Assembly: GCA_947632325.1 (NCBI GenBank)
Contig: CANROU010000002.1
Coordinates: 43,840-107,839 of the forward strand
Direction of reading: 5' to 3'
Length of the DNA stretch: 64,000 bases
From: an uncultured Bacilli bacterium
GTDB lineage: Bacteria > Bacillota_I > Bacilli_A > RF39 > UBA660
The notes under the pieces are model-generated. The model was not told the origin of the DNA. It was given only the letters and a program-made list of their open reading frames with translations, and did not search any database. This document shows, one piece after another, positions 1 through 8,970 of the stretch (position 1 is its first letter; each line of letters begins with the position of its first letter). The translations under genes and the position numbers were made by a program.

Positions 1-63
1 TTATATTGGCCTACTAAATCAATGGTATATGCAGATATTATTACATTTGATATTAATTGTTAA
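1..63 (+). CDS. 3' end of an upstream gene cut by the window edge (...DIITFDINC*)
   Basis: Open frame runs from position 1 to TAA at 61-63 on the same strand as the downstream block; too short to classify. Confidence 0.2.
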   Translation, partial: LYWPTKSMVYADIITFDINC

Positions 64-120
64 TAGTTACTTCTTATTAAAAGGCGAAAAATATTATAAT
101 GAGAATGTGGGGGCTGAGTA

Positions 121-903
121 ATGGAAGTATTAATCGTTGGTATTATTATTCTGTTTGTTTTAATTTATAATAAAACAATCGATAAAGATCAATTTATTAA
201 AGATAACGATCCCTATTTTAAATTATTAAAAGAGGATGATTATGATTTTTTAGTTTATGCTAAATATGGAGAATCAGTAGATGTAGAAGTATTATTTAAA
301 AAAAGATTATCGATGGCTTTTATGGCTGGAGTTGCTTTTTTATTAATCTTTCTTAACAATTTATCTTTATTAAATATTGTTCTATCATGTGTTATCTTTT
401 ATGTTATTTTTAAATCACAATACTTTAATTTAAAAAAGTATTATAAACAACATCTTCATGAAATAGATATTATGTTGCCATATTATTTAAAGGGTTTAGA
501 AATTTTGATACAACATTATACAGTACCTGTAGCCATTGGTAAGAGTATTCCGGATGCGCCAGATATATTTAAACCAGGGTTACAAGAATTAGTTGATAAA
601 GTAGATGCTGGTGATTCTAGTATTGATCCATATATGGATTTTGCTAATACTTATCCAGTAAGAGATTCTATGCGTATGATGCGTCTATTATATCGTTTAG
701 GTATTGGTTCACAAGAGAAGAAACAAGAAAGATTATTGATGTTTTCAAGAACGGTATCTAACTTACAAAGTAAAGCTCGTGAGACAAAATATAAAGAACG
801 TTTAAATCATATGGAAAATCAAACTATGATTATGTTGGTAGTAACAGGCGTTGGCGTTATGATTATTATTTTAATAGCTATGATGGCTATGTTTGAATTT
901 TAG
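121..903 (+). CDS. Inner-membrane protein with T2SS-F-like (TadB/TadC/GspF-type) cytoplasmic domain
   Basis: GGGG RBS then ATG. TM at N-term, a TM pair at 66-98 and a C-terminal TM. Cytoplasmic segment LPYYLKGLEILIQHYTVPVAIGKS...DSMRMMRLLYRLGIGS follows the LP..L..L...AG.S / R.L..LG consensus of T2SS-F platform domains. Confidence 0.35.
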   Translation: MEVLIVGIIILFVLIYNKTIDKDQFIKDNDPYFKLLKEDDYDFLVYAKYGESVDVEVLFKKRLSMAFMAGVAFLLIFLNNLSLLNIVLSCVIFYVIFKSQYFNLKKYYKQHLHEIDIMLPYYLKGLEILIQHYTVPVAIGKSIPDAPDIFKPGLQELVDKVDAGDSSIDPYMDFANTYPVRDSMRMMRLLYRLGIGSQEKKQERLLMFSRTVSNLQSKARETKYKERLNHMENQTMIMLVVTGVGVMIIILIAMMAMFEF

Positions 904-2287
904 GATAGCTAAGCTATCTTTTTTGTTAGTAGGTGTTATAATGTTAATTCACAAAATATTTAACAAAGAAAATATTAAGTATTTAATAATATTTGCGGTT
1001 ATATTGCTTTTTGCTAGTTATTTAGGTGGCGTTTTAGATTTAGATGTTGTTTGGAATTATGGCTTTAGTTATGCCATTAGTAGAGGGGAAGTACCGTATC
1101 GGGACTTTAATATGGTAGTAACACCCCTTTATAGTTTTATTATGGCTATTCCTTTTTTACTATTTGGTCATAACTTAATTGTTTATTTAATAGCTAATTC
1201 TTTAGTATTCACGCTACTTATTTATCTATTGTTTAAATTATACCATGATAAAACCTGGTATATTGTCTTTTTGTCTTTAATTTTTATTTACTTCTTAAGT
1301 AGAGTTTTTGGATATAATTTAGGTATATTATTTTGTTATTTTTTACTTATCTATTGTGAAAAAGAAAATAAAAGTGATTATTTAATAGGATTTATTTTAG
1401 GATGTGCTTTGCTTACCAAACAATCCGTAGGCTTATGTTTATTATTACCTAATTTGTTTTATCTAAAAAAAGATATTAAAAAAATTTTAAAAAGAATAAT
1501 TGGCTTTTTAATACCTATAAGTATTCTCTTAATTTATTTAATACTTACTAATAGCTTATATCCCTTTATTGATTTATGTTTTTTAGGCATGTTTGATTTT
1601 GCTAAAGATAATGGTCAAATTATTACTCTTGGTTTTGTTATATCAGTCGTTCTATTAATATTAAATATCATTTATATTTGTAAAAATAAAAAGGATATAA
1701 CAGGTTATTATTGTTTGGCATTTTTTTCCATAATTGTTCCTTTGTTTGATTTTTTTCACGTTGCTATTTTTCTATTTGCTTTGAGTACTTTGTTAGTTAA
1801 TTATGTTCCATTAATAAATAAAAAAATATTATATATTAGTTTAATATCTGCGCTTTTATTTACATTGTTCTTTGCTTGTTTGGATGCTTTTGAATGGAAT
1901 ATTAATTATCCAAGCGGAATACACAATTTTGAATATTTTCCTATGAATAAATATTATGAAGAACAATATAAAAAAATATCTCAATTTACCCATGATAAAG
2001 AGAAGGTAGTTGTTTTAGGTAATAGTGCCTATATATACAAAATTGCTCATGAAGAGGACATTGACTATTTTGATTTATTAAATAGAGGTAATTATGGTTA
2101 TCACGGTTTAGAAAAATTAAAGAAAAAATACCAAATTTTACCAAACGATACTTATTTTATTATTGAAAAAAATCCATTAGTTTCCAAAGCTAAACGAAAC
2201 CAATTTTATAAGGAATTTGTTTATTATGTTATGGATAATAGTTCTTTTGTAAAGGAAAATACTGAATATTTAATTTATCAAAAATAA
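893..2287 (+). CDS. Polytopic membrane protein, GT-C-fold glycosyltransferase-like (ArnT/PMT_2 or O-oligosaccharyltransferase-like) with C-terminal soluble domain
   Basis: About 10-12 predicted TM helices over 330 aa followed by a ~130 aa hydrophilic tail. First loop carries an acidic/aromatic motif (GEVPYRDF). Overlaps the preceding gene by 11 nt, suggesting co-translation. Confidence 0.3.
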   Translation: MNFRIAKLSFLLVGVIMLIHKIFNKENIKYLIIFAVILLFASYLGGVLDLDVVWNYGFSYAISRGEVPYRDFNMVVTPLYSFIMAIPFLLFGHNLIVYLIANSLVFTLLIYLLFKLYHDKTWYIVFLSLIFIYFLSRVFGYNLGILFCYFLLIYCEKENKSDYLIGFILGCALLTKQSVGLCLLLPNLFYLKKDIKKILKRIIGFLIPISILLIYLILTNSLYPFIDLCFLGMFDFAKDNGQIITLGFVISVVLLILNIIYICKNKKDITGYYCLAFFSIIVPLFDFFHVAIFLFALSTLLVNYVPLINKKILYISLISALLFTLFFACLDAFEWNINYPSGIHNFEYFPMNKYYEEQYKKISQFTHDKEKVVVLGNSAYIYKIAHEEDIDYFDLLNRGNYGYHGLEKLKKKYQILPNDTYFIIEKNPLVSKAKRNQFYKEFVYYVMDNSSFVKENTEYLIYQK

Positions 2288-2338
2288 AATTTGCTGTTTA
2301 TTAATAAAACTTTATTTATGGTCAATACTAATAATATA

Positions 2339-2400
2339 TTGACAATCATTTGTCAAATTAACATAAAATTATTGTCTAATCATTATTTTTTTGTTATACT
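2339..2400 (+). promoter_or_regulatory. Candidate sigma-A promoter (TTGTCT-16-TGtTATACT) preceded by a 7-bp perfect inverted repeat TTGACAAtcatTTGTCAA
   Basis: Sits in the only sizeable intergenic gap (145 bp) of the block, ~35 nt upstream of the AGGAGG RBS of the small pilin-like gene. Confidence 0.35.
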
Positions 2401-2432
2401 AAATTTATAATAATATAGGAGGGATGTTATTT

Positions 2433-2651
2433 ATGAAAGCAGCAACAGGAGAGTTGAGTTTAACAGTAATTACAATTGTAGCGATAGGAGCGGTTATTGC
2501 CTTTTTCTGGTTGTTATGGGATAACGTGATTAAACCAAAAATCACTAATAGTTTTAATGATACGGAAACAGAGCATGAAGAAAAATGGCCAGCTATGAAG
2601 GATACTGATTCTAACTCTATTAGCGTTGGTGAATATACATTTACAATTTAA
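2433..2651 (+). CDS. Small membrane protein, possible Flp-like/minor pilin-like subunit
   Basis: AGGAGG RBS 8 nt upstream of ATG at 2433. MKAATGELSLTVITIVAIGAVIAFFWLL is a short charged N-terminus, a Gly, then one hydrophobic helix; the rest is hydrophilic. No canonical G/FTLIE or G/xxxxEY signature. Confidence 0.3.
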   Translation: MKAATGELSLTVITIVAIGAVIAFFWLLWDNVIKPKITNSFNDTETEHEEKWPAMKDTDSNSISVGEYTFTI

Positions 2652-2690
2652 TTGCTAAAGATTATTAAGAGTAAAAGTGGGTGAGTATGA

Positions 2691-3239
2691 ATGAAAGAAG
2701 CCATTGGTGGTACTTTGACGATATACCTCATTCTTATTTTCATGTTGATTCTTTCTGGTTATATGGCTTTTTCGGTAAATTATACTAAGGCCTTTCGTGT
2801 TAAAAATGAGGTTATCAATTTAATTGAACAGTATGAAGGTCATACACCTAATGCCCAGAGCAAAATTAAGGACTACTTGAGGAATATGAATTATTCGACT
2901 GCTGGTAATCCAGTAATAGCTTTTGAAAATTCAGTTAGAAAAGATAATAAATATCAGTATACTAACTGCCAAGATGGTTATTGTGTAAGGTGTTGGGATA
3001 CTAATAATAAATTGAATGCTGATAATGCTGATGGTATTGAGAATGGTATTTATTATACCGTATATACCTATGTTAATATTGATATACCTATTTTTAATAA
3101 GTTTTTCCCTGGCATGAAACTTTTTAGAGTTAGTGGGGAAACTAAAACCATATACGGTAATAAAAAATGTGAAGATTCTTCATCTTCACCGTTTGGTAAA
3201 ATTATTGATAGCTTGACGGAAAACGCCCTGCGTTATTAA
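2691..3239 (+). CDS. Membrane-anchored extracellular protein, TadE-like/pseudopilin-like N-terminus
   Basis: Single N-terminal TM (TLTIYLILIFMLILSGYMAF) followed by TKAFRVKNEV, resembling TadE N-termini. Cys-containing C-terminal domain. Confidence 0.3.
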   Translation: MKEAIGGTLTIYLILIFMLILSGYMAFSVNYTKAFRVKNEVINLIEQYEGHTPNAQSKIKDYLRNMNYSTAGNPVIAFENSVRKDNKYQYTNCQDGYCVRCWDTNNKLNADNADGIENGIYYTVYTYVNIDIPIFNKFFPGMKLFRVSGETKTIYGNKKCEDSSSSPFGKIIDSLTENALRY

Positions 3240-3271
3240 CGGTATGGTATTAATATGAAAGGGATGGTTCT

Positions 3272-4258
3272 ATGAACGTAATTGTTGCTAATCAACAACG
3301 TGAAGTATTATCTGGTTTAGATATTGATATTATTAAAAATGTTACGGGAGAATATGATGCTGATGAATTAGTCAGTATGTTCCGTAATTTCTTTTTTGGT
3401 AGAATGATTTTGGATGTTACAGCTATCAAGGAGTACCAAAATATAGCTAATTTACAAAAAATAGCTACTAATTTAGATGCAGAAAAAATCATTTTATTAT
3501 TACCTAATATACCAGAGATGTCTTCATCTAGTTATTTATCTAAAATTATATCAATGGGATACTATAATTTTACAACTAATTTAGATGGTGTTAAATATTT
3601 ATTAGATCATCCAAATAGTTATAAGGATGTAGCACATATTCAACAATTAAATGAAATGCCTGATACTCCTATGGATAGGGTATCTAGTTCCGTTGGCGAT
3701 AGTTATGTTCTTGGTATAAAAAATGTTACTGAGCAAGCTGGTAGTACAACTTTAATTTATATGTTAAAAAAAGAGTTGGAGCATACATTTTCTATGCAAG
3801 TTACAGCTATGGAAATAGGTAAGAATGACTTTGGATACTTTAATGAAAAAAATATGATTTCAGTAACTAAGGATAACTTTGCTGTTGAATTATTGAAACA
3901 TAAAGAATCTGATGTTATTTTAGTAGATTTAAATGATTCAAATATCGATGAGACTTGCCATAGTGTATTATACTTAGTAGAACCAACAACTATTAAACTT
4001 AATAAATTGTTAAGAAGAAGTAGAATGGCACTTGAAAAATTAAAAGGCAAAAAAATTGTTTTAAATAAAAGTTTATTAACTAATAGCGATGTTATGGATT
4101 TTGAATATGAGGCTCATGTAAAAGTGTTCTTCAATATGCCACCAGTTAATGAAAGAAACAGAAATAATGTTTTTCATGGCTTATTAGCTAAACTTGGCAT
4201 AATAGATAAAGGCTCAGGTGGTAAAGAAGAAAAAAGTGGTTTTTTTAAATTCTTTTAA
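3272..4258 (+). CDS. CpaE/TadZ-like protein: receiver-like N-domain plus ParA/MinD-fold domain with degenerate Walker A (alternative: VirC1-like ParA)
   Basis: VLGIKNVTEQAGSTTLIYML aligns to the deviant Walker A of MinD/ParA (V.G.KGGVGKTT) but lacks the lysines. VILVDLNDS corresponds to the Walker B-like strand. The first 110 aa resemble a CheY-like fold without the phospho-acceptor Asp. Confidence 0.4.
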   Translation: MNVIVANQQREVLSGLDIDIIKNVTGEYDADELVSMFRNFFFGRMILDVTAIKEYQNIANLQKIATNLDAEKIILLLPNIPEMSSSSYLSKIISMGYYNFTTNLDGVKYLLDHPNSYKDVAHIQQLNEMPDTPMDRVSSSVGDSYVLGIKNVTEQAGSTTLIYMLKKELEHTFSMQVTAMEIGKNDFGYFNEKNMISVTKDNFAVELLKHKESDVILVDLNDSNIDETCHSVLYLVEPTTIKLNKLLRRSRMALEKLKGKKIVLNKSLLTNSDVMDFEYEAHVKVFFNMPPVNERNRNNVFHGLLAKLGIIDKGSGGKEEKSGFFKFF

Positions 4259-4344
4259 TTTTTAATTGACAGTAAACAAATGAAAATTAATTGACTTATA
4301 TAAGAAAAACAAATAAAATAAAGTTAAGAAAGTGAGGTTTTTGT

Positions 4345-4704
4345 ATGAATTTGTTTCAGATATTAGTAGATGTTGGTGATGCCTGTGGTGGATTAACACC
4401 CGTTGTTAAATTTATTAAACATGGTGTATTTCCAATTATTCAAATAGGTATTCCTATTATTTTGATTGTTATGGGAAGTATTGATTTAGGTAAAGCTGTT
4501 TTATCAAGTGATGAAAAAGCTATTAAAGCTGCTCAAGGAATGCTTGTAAAACGTTGTATTGCCGCAGTAGCCGTATTCTTTGTGGTTACTATTGTAAGCT
4601 TATTGATGGGACTATTTAGTAATCTTAATTCTACTGACAAAGGTGAAGGAACAGATACTACATCTTGGGGTGAATGTTGGGACGCTGCATTTATTAATAA
4701 ATAA
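4345..4704 (+). CDS. VirB2/TrbC-like T4SS pilin candidate (two-helix membrane hairpin)
   Basis: 119 aa with TM - DLGKAVLSSDEKAIKAAQGMLVKRCIAA - TM topology. Shares a ~65-aa module with the C-terminus of the next gene. Followed by a strong intrinsic terminator. Confidence 0.4.
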   Translation: MNLFQILVDVGDACGGLTPVVKFIKHGVFPIIQIGIPIILIVMGSIDLGKAVLSSDEKAIKAAQGMLVKRCIAAVAVFFVVTIVSLLMGLFSNLNSTDKGEGTDTTSWGECWDAAFINK

Positions 4705-4719
4705 TAATATATAAAAGTT

Positions 4720-4742
4720 AAGCTCTTTAAGAGCTTTTTTTC
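4720..4742 (+). terminator. Rho-independent terminator after the short pilin-like gene
   Basis: AAGCTCT-tta-AGAGCTT stem followed by TTTTTT. Confidence 0.6.
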
Positions 4743-4824
4743 TTGTTTTCATAAAATTATTTTGCTATTTGTCTTATTATTTGATATACTTGTTATAGTG
4801 TAGATATCTGTTAGGAGAGATAGA

Positions 4825-6318
4825 ATGAAGTTATTAAAAAAAGTAAGTTATTGTTTAGTATTGGCTTTTATCGCTTTTTGTGGATTTACTTTAAATGTAA
4901 AAGCGGATGATAAGTTTGCAATGTGTACTTATAAATATAATGATACATCTGTTGGTAATAGAACTTTAACTCTTGTATATAGAAATAAGGAATTTTATTT
5001 ATTAGCTGATACGGGAAATCCTAATCACTATTGGAGAGATACGGCGTCATCCTTTAAGCTGTTTGATAAATTAAAAATTGATATGTCTTATAAAAAAATA
5101 GATGAAATTTGTCCAAATAACATTCAAGTAAATGGATATGTTGATGATTACTCACAATTGTGTTGGGGAGAAATATGTAAAGATAGCATTAGATATGATT
5201 TATCTTTAAGTGGTAGTGATTATTTGACCTTTTTATCCAATCTTAGTTGTACATATAAACGGTCTCAAGAGGATATGCCTGATCTTACTTTGGGGTATGT
5301 TGACGGTTATGTGCAATACGAAATAATTTCATTCTTAGGTGGAAGTGATGGCGAAAGAAATACTAAACAACTTGGCATAGTTTATGCTGATGATGCTAAA
5401 AAGCTTTATGGATTTGGAGCAGAAAAAAATGGTGGAGCGTATCTAGATTATGAAGCGTTACAAGCATATAAAGAAGCTGGCTTAATAGGTGGTAATTGTC
5501 CCAACTATTTAATTTATAATCCTGACTTAGGCTTTTATGTTTCCAAGATTCCAAGCATAGACAGTAAAAAAATAGAATTATTGCGTGCTACTGCCGTTGT
5601 CAATCCTGCTACTTATTATTATTATGAAATTGGGGCTTCTGCAAAAAATTGTCCCACTGATTATAGTGATACTATTAATGAGCATATAGGGATTTTAACA
5701 AACACAGATAGCTTAATAAAAGAACGCATACAAGATGGTAAATTAGATTCACAGGCTTATGATGAATATTATGGACAAAGAACGAAGGCAAACAACGATT
5801 TAAACAGTTTTGGAAATTGTGTTGACAAGGATTTAAAAGAAACCTTAGAAAAATTAATACAGTCAGTTGGTAGCAACTTAGATCAAGCGGTAGCTGCTTC
5901 TACTATTATGACCTCAAGTGAAAAAACTGTAGCAAATAATAATAGTAATGCCATTAAAACATCTGCTAAACAGATGGCAACTTTGGATGATCCAATAGAT
6001 ATATCAGGGAATATTTCTTGTGATTCGCTATTAGGAAGTCCAAATGATTCAGGCAGTTTATACAGTTTAATTAATACTTTGTTTAGATATATTCAAATTA
6101 TTGCTCCTATTTTATTGATCGTGTTTGGTGGTGTTGATTTTGGTAAAGCTGTTTTATCATCTGATCAAGAGGAATTAAAAAAGGCTCAAGCTAGGTTTAT
6201 TAAAAGATGTATTGCTGCCTTAGCATTATTCTTTTTACCGTATATGGTTAAGTGGTTAATGGAACAAATAATGACTCATACAGGTATTATAGATTGGGAC
6301 GCTTGTATGCCTAAATAG
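4825..6318 (+). CDS. Secreted Cys-rich protein (about 430 aa ectodomain) fused to a C-terminal VirB2-like membrane-hairpin module; candidate pilus-tip adhesin
   Basis: Signal peptide (MKLLKKVSYCLVLAFIAFCGF). C-terminus IAPILLIVFGGVDFGKAVLSSDQEELKKAQARFIKRCIAALALFF...W..C is paralogous to the 4345 gene product. Confidence 0.4.
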   Translation: MKLLKKVSYCLVLAFIAFCGFTLNVKADDKFAMCTYKYNDTSVGNRTLTLVYRNKEFYLLADTGNPNHYWRDTASSFKLFDKLKIDMSYKKIDEICPNNIQVNGYVDDYSQLCWGEICKDSIRYDLSLSGSDYLTFLSNLSCTYKRSQEDMPDLTLGYVDGYVQYEIISFLGGSDGERNTKQLGIVYADDAKKLYGFGAEKNGGAYLDYEALQAYKEAGLIGGNCPNYLIYNPDLGFYVSKIPSIDSKKIELLRATAVVNPATYYYYEIGASAKNCPTDYSDTINEHIGILTNTDSLIKERIQDGKLDSQAYDEYYGQRTKANNDLNSFGNCVDKDLKETLEKLIQSVGSNLDQAVAASTIMTSSEKTVANNNSNAIKTSAKQMATLDDPIDISGNISCDSLLGSPNDSGSLYSLINTLFRYIQIIAPILLIVFGGVDFGKAVLSSDQEELKKAQARFIKRCIAALALFFLPYMVKWLMEQIMTHTGIIDWDACMPK

Positions 6319-6333
6319 AAAGGAGTTGATATC

Positions 6334-8103
6334 ATGATACTAGCAGCAAAAGCGGGAATGTTTGGTAACATATGGCGTGGTATATGTATATTTTTAGATA
6401 GAATAGTATATCAACTTTTGGTTTGGGTATATGAGATTTTCTTTACGGTTGCTGAACAAAATAATTTGTTTAATCAAGATACTTATCTATATATATTTCG
6501 TCGTATATTTATGATTTTAGGCATTTTTATGTTATTCAAATTATCTATTTCATTATTACAGATTATAGTATCACCAGATGAAAATAACAAGCAACAAAGC
6601 AAAATGGGACAAGTCATTGGTAGAGTTATTGTTGTGGTGGTTTTGATTTTTGCTTTAGTTCCGCAACCATCATTAAATAATTCAGATCCAAATTCGTTGG
6701 AGGCAAAAATAAAAACCGATGGATTGCTATTTGGTACACTTAATTCACTCCAAGAACGTGTATTGAGAGGCAATTTCTTGGGTAAGTTGATTTTAGGATC
6801 TTCAGCGGCAGAGACTTCTTCAAAACAAGGTACAGCAATACAAGAGGGTGGAAATCAGATTGCTTCAACTATTTTTAGAGCATTCTTTTATCCTAATAAG
6901 TCTTGTGGACAAATTGCAATCTATGATGATTGGAGTAATAATGCAACAGACGTACAAGATCTAATGGATCTTTACCAAGAAACGTGTAGTAATAAAGAAT
7001 ATGCTTTCGAATATATGGGATTAGTTTCTACATTAGCTGGCGGTTTTGCGGTTTTTATGATTTTCTCATTCACACTAGATGTAGCTATTCGACTTTTTAA
7101 GTTATTGTTTTTAAGATTAATCGCCCCTATTCCAGTTATAAGTTATATAGACCCTAAATCAGCAAAAGATGGCGCTTTCGCTAACTGGGTTAAAGTTACT
7201 ACTAGCACTTATTTAGAATTATTTATTCATCTAATTATTATTTTTTTAATGTTATTTTTAGTACGAGAAGTAATTCAAAGTGAATTCTTTAAAAACATTT
7301 TTACTTTTGATAATAATTTTTCAATTATAACAGTAATTGCTGGGGTATTTATCATTTTAGGTATATTCTTTTTTGCTAGACAAGCTCCTAAATTTATAAG
7401 AGATATCTTTGGTATTAAAGGTGGAAGTGGTAGCATTGGACTTGCCGGTATGTTAGGAGGTGCTGCTGCCTTAGTAGGTGGTGCTGGATTAGCTGGAGCA
7501 GGAGCAGCTATGCTTCAGAATAGTATGGCTTCTAGTGATGCTGCTGCTCAAGGCAAACAGTTTAGCGGTGGTTGGCGTGCTGGTAGTGATTTGGCCGCTC
7601 AAATTAGAACAGGCGATAAAAACGCTAGAGGTGGTCTTATCAATAGAGCACAACAAGCAGCACAAAGAAGGGCTGGAGCTAGACAAGCTGATCAACTTGG
7701 GTTAACTAGAGATAATGTTCAATTCGCTAAAGATAAAATGTATGAAACTCAAAATCAAGAAACTGAAGCAACAGATGCTTATAATAGATTTATTAATAGC
7801 GACGTTTATAAAAGCAATCCTGCAGGAGAGGAAGCACATCGTCAAACTTTATATAATAATATGGTGTCTGCTCAGGCTGCAGCTGCTAAAGCTAAAAGTA
7901 ATTATGAAAAAGCCAGTAAGGGAAGAGAACAACTTGCTGGGCCAGAAACTTTACAAGATAGATATGGTCCTAGATATTTTGCTAGGCGCCGTTTAAATCG
8001 AGAAGAGCGTAGACGTAATGCTAGACGTCCAGTTGGATCTCATTATACTGAAGATGCTGATCATGCACGTGGAAGTGATAGATTTGATCAACCACCAATT
8101 TAA
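6334..8103 (+). CDS. VirB6/TrbL-like polytopic channel protein with Gly/Ala-rich and Gln/Arg/Ala-rich hydrophilic C-terminal tail
   Basis: Six or more TM helices in the first 360 aa, then GGSGSIGLAGMLGGAAALVGGAGLAGAGAA and a ~200 aa low-complexity tail. Architecture and position match ConG/TcpH/VirB6 family members. Confidence 0.45.
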   Translation: MILAAKAGMFGNIWRGICIFLDRIVYQLLVWVYEIFFTVAEQNNLFNQDTYLYIFRRIFMILGIFMLFKLSISLLQIIVSPDENNKQQSKMGQVIGRVIVVVVLIFALVPQPSLNNSDPNSLEAKIKTDGLLFGTLNSLQERVLRGNFLGKLILGSSAAETSSKQGTAIQEGGNQIASTIFRAFFYPNKSCGQIAIYDDWSNNATDVQDLMDLYQETCSNKEYAFEYMGLVSTLAGGFAVFMIFSFTLDVAIRLFKLLFLRLIAPIPVISYIDPKSAKDGAFANWVKVTTSTYLELFIHLIIIFLMLFLVREVIQSEFFKNIFTFDNNFSIITVIAGVFIILGIFFFARQAPKFIRDIFGIKGGSGSIGLAGMLGGAAALVGGAGLAGAGAAMLQNSMASSDAAAQGKQFSGGWRAGSDLAAQIRTGDKNARGGLINRAQQAAQRRAGARQADQLGLTRDNVQFAKDKMYETQNQETEATDAYNRFINSDVYKSNPAGEEAHRQTLYNNMVSAQAAAAKAKSNYEKASKGREQLAGPETLQDRYGPRYFARRRLNREERRRNARRPVGSHYTEDADHARGSDRFDQPPI

Positions 8104-8123
8104 AAGGGAGAGTGTGATACTAT

Positions 8124-8444
8124 ATGAATGATATGTATTTAATACCTGCTAATACAAATAGAGGTAAATTAATTTTAGGAATATTTACATCTTTTGATTT
8201 GATATTATTTGGAGTGGGAGTATTTATTACTATAATATTAATGATGTTTGTTCCAATGACTAGTACAATAGTGACGGTTCTAATATTAGCACCGGCTTTG
8301 GTTTCAGCATTATTGGTAGCTCCTGTTCCTTATTATCATAATATTTTAACGGTTGTAAGAGAATTGATTGAGTTTTTTAACAATAGACAAAAATATGTTT
8401 GGAAAGGTTGGTGTAGTGGTTATGGCGACGATAGCAACAAGTAA
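8124..8444 (+). CDS. VirB3-like small membrane protein (PrgI/ConD-like)
   Basis: 106 aa, two hydrophobic helices, immediately upstream of and overlapping the VirB4 N-terminal gene, as in VirB3-VirB4 pairs. Confidence 0.35.
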   Translation: MNDMYLIPANTNRGKLILGIFTSFDLILFGVGVFITIILMMFVPMTSTIVTVLILAPALVSALLVAPVPYYHNILTVVRELIEFFNNRQKYVWKGWCSGYGDDSNK

Positions 8445-8970
8445 ATATACTGAAGATTGGTTACCCGTTGTTGGTATTCAAAATGGTTTAATTGAATTAC
8501 AAAATCATATGAAGGTAACAGGTGTTAAGATAGTACCACGTAATATTTTTATCTTGGATGCTGATGCTCAAAATAATGTTTTAATAAGTTTAAAAAATTT
8601 CTACAATATGATAGATTTTGAGTTTTGGTTAGTGGTAGCGGATAGGCCAGTGGATATTTCGGTTTATTTATCACAACTACAATTGCTATATAATAATACA
8701 CAATCACCAGTTATTCGTAAATTGATTAATCAAGATATTCAAAAGGGTAATACATTTATGAGTAATAATATTGTAGATACAGAATATTACATCTTATTTA
8801 AAGATAAAAATATTGATGCTATACAGAAGAAAATACGTTTATTAATTAATGGTTTAGCAGGCTGTGGATTAAGTGCTTCGCAAACCAGTAATGATGATTT
8901 ACGAGTAATTTTAGATAATTTCTTAAATGGGGGACAAACAACTGAATTTGGGACGGTGTTGCCAATATGA
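8422..8970 (+). CDS. VirB4/TrbE N-terminal domain encoded as a separate gene
   Basis: EDWLPVVGIQNGLIELQNHMKVTGVKIVPRNIF...EFWLVVADRPVDIS matches the conserved N-terminal region of VirB4/CagE/TrbE. Ends TGA inside an ATGA overlap with the ATPase gene. The longer ORF-track start at 8368 is less likely than ATG 8422. Confidence 0.55.
   Translation: MATIATSKYTEDWLPVVGIQNGLIELQNHMKVTGVKIVPRNIFILDADAQNNVLISLKNFYNMIDFEFWLVVADRPVDISVYLSQLQLLYNNTQSPVIRKLINQDIQKGNTFMSNNIVDTEYYILFKDKNIDAIQKKIRLLINGLAGCGLSASQTSNDDLRVILDNFLNGGQTTEFGTVLPI

Noticed and set aside
3292-4050. Antisense ORFs 3292-3492 and 3757-4050 inside the TadZ/CpaE-like gene
   Set aside because: Low-complexity translations fully embedded opposite a well-supported gene; typical AT-rich antisense artefacts
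6483-6773. Antisense ORF inside the VirB6-like gene
   Set aside because: Embedded opposite a coding region with good periodicity; no RBS
7489-7996. ORFs 7489-7695 (-) and 7715-7996 (+, alternate frame) in the VirB6 tail
   Set aside because: Arise from the low-complexity GCT/GCA-rich tail region; the main frame continues uninterrupted
8368-8421. Longer start for the VirB4 N-domain gene at 8368
   Set aside because: Would overlap the VirB3-like gene by 77 nt; conserved VirB4 sequence begins after ATG 8422
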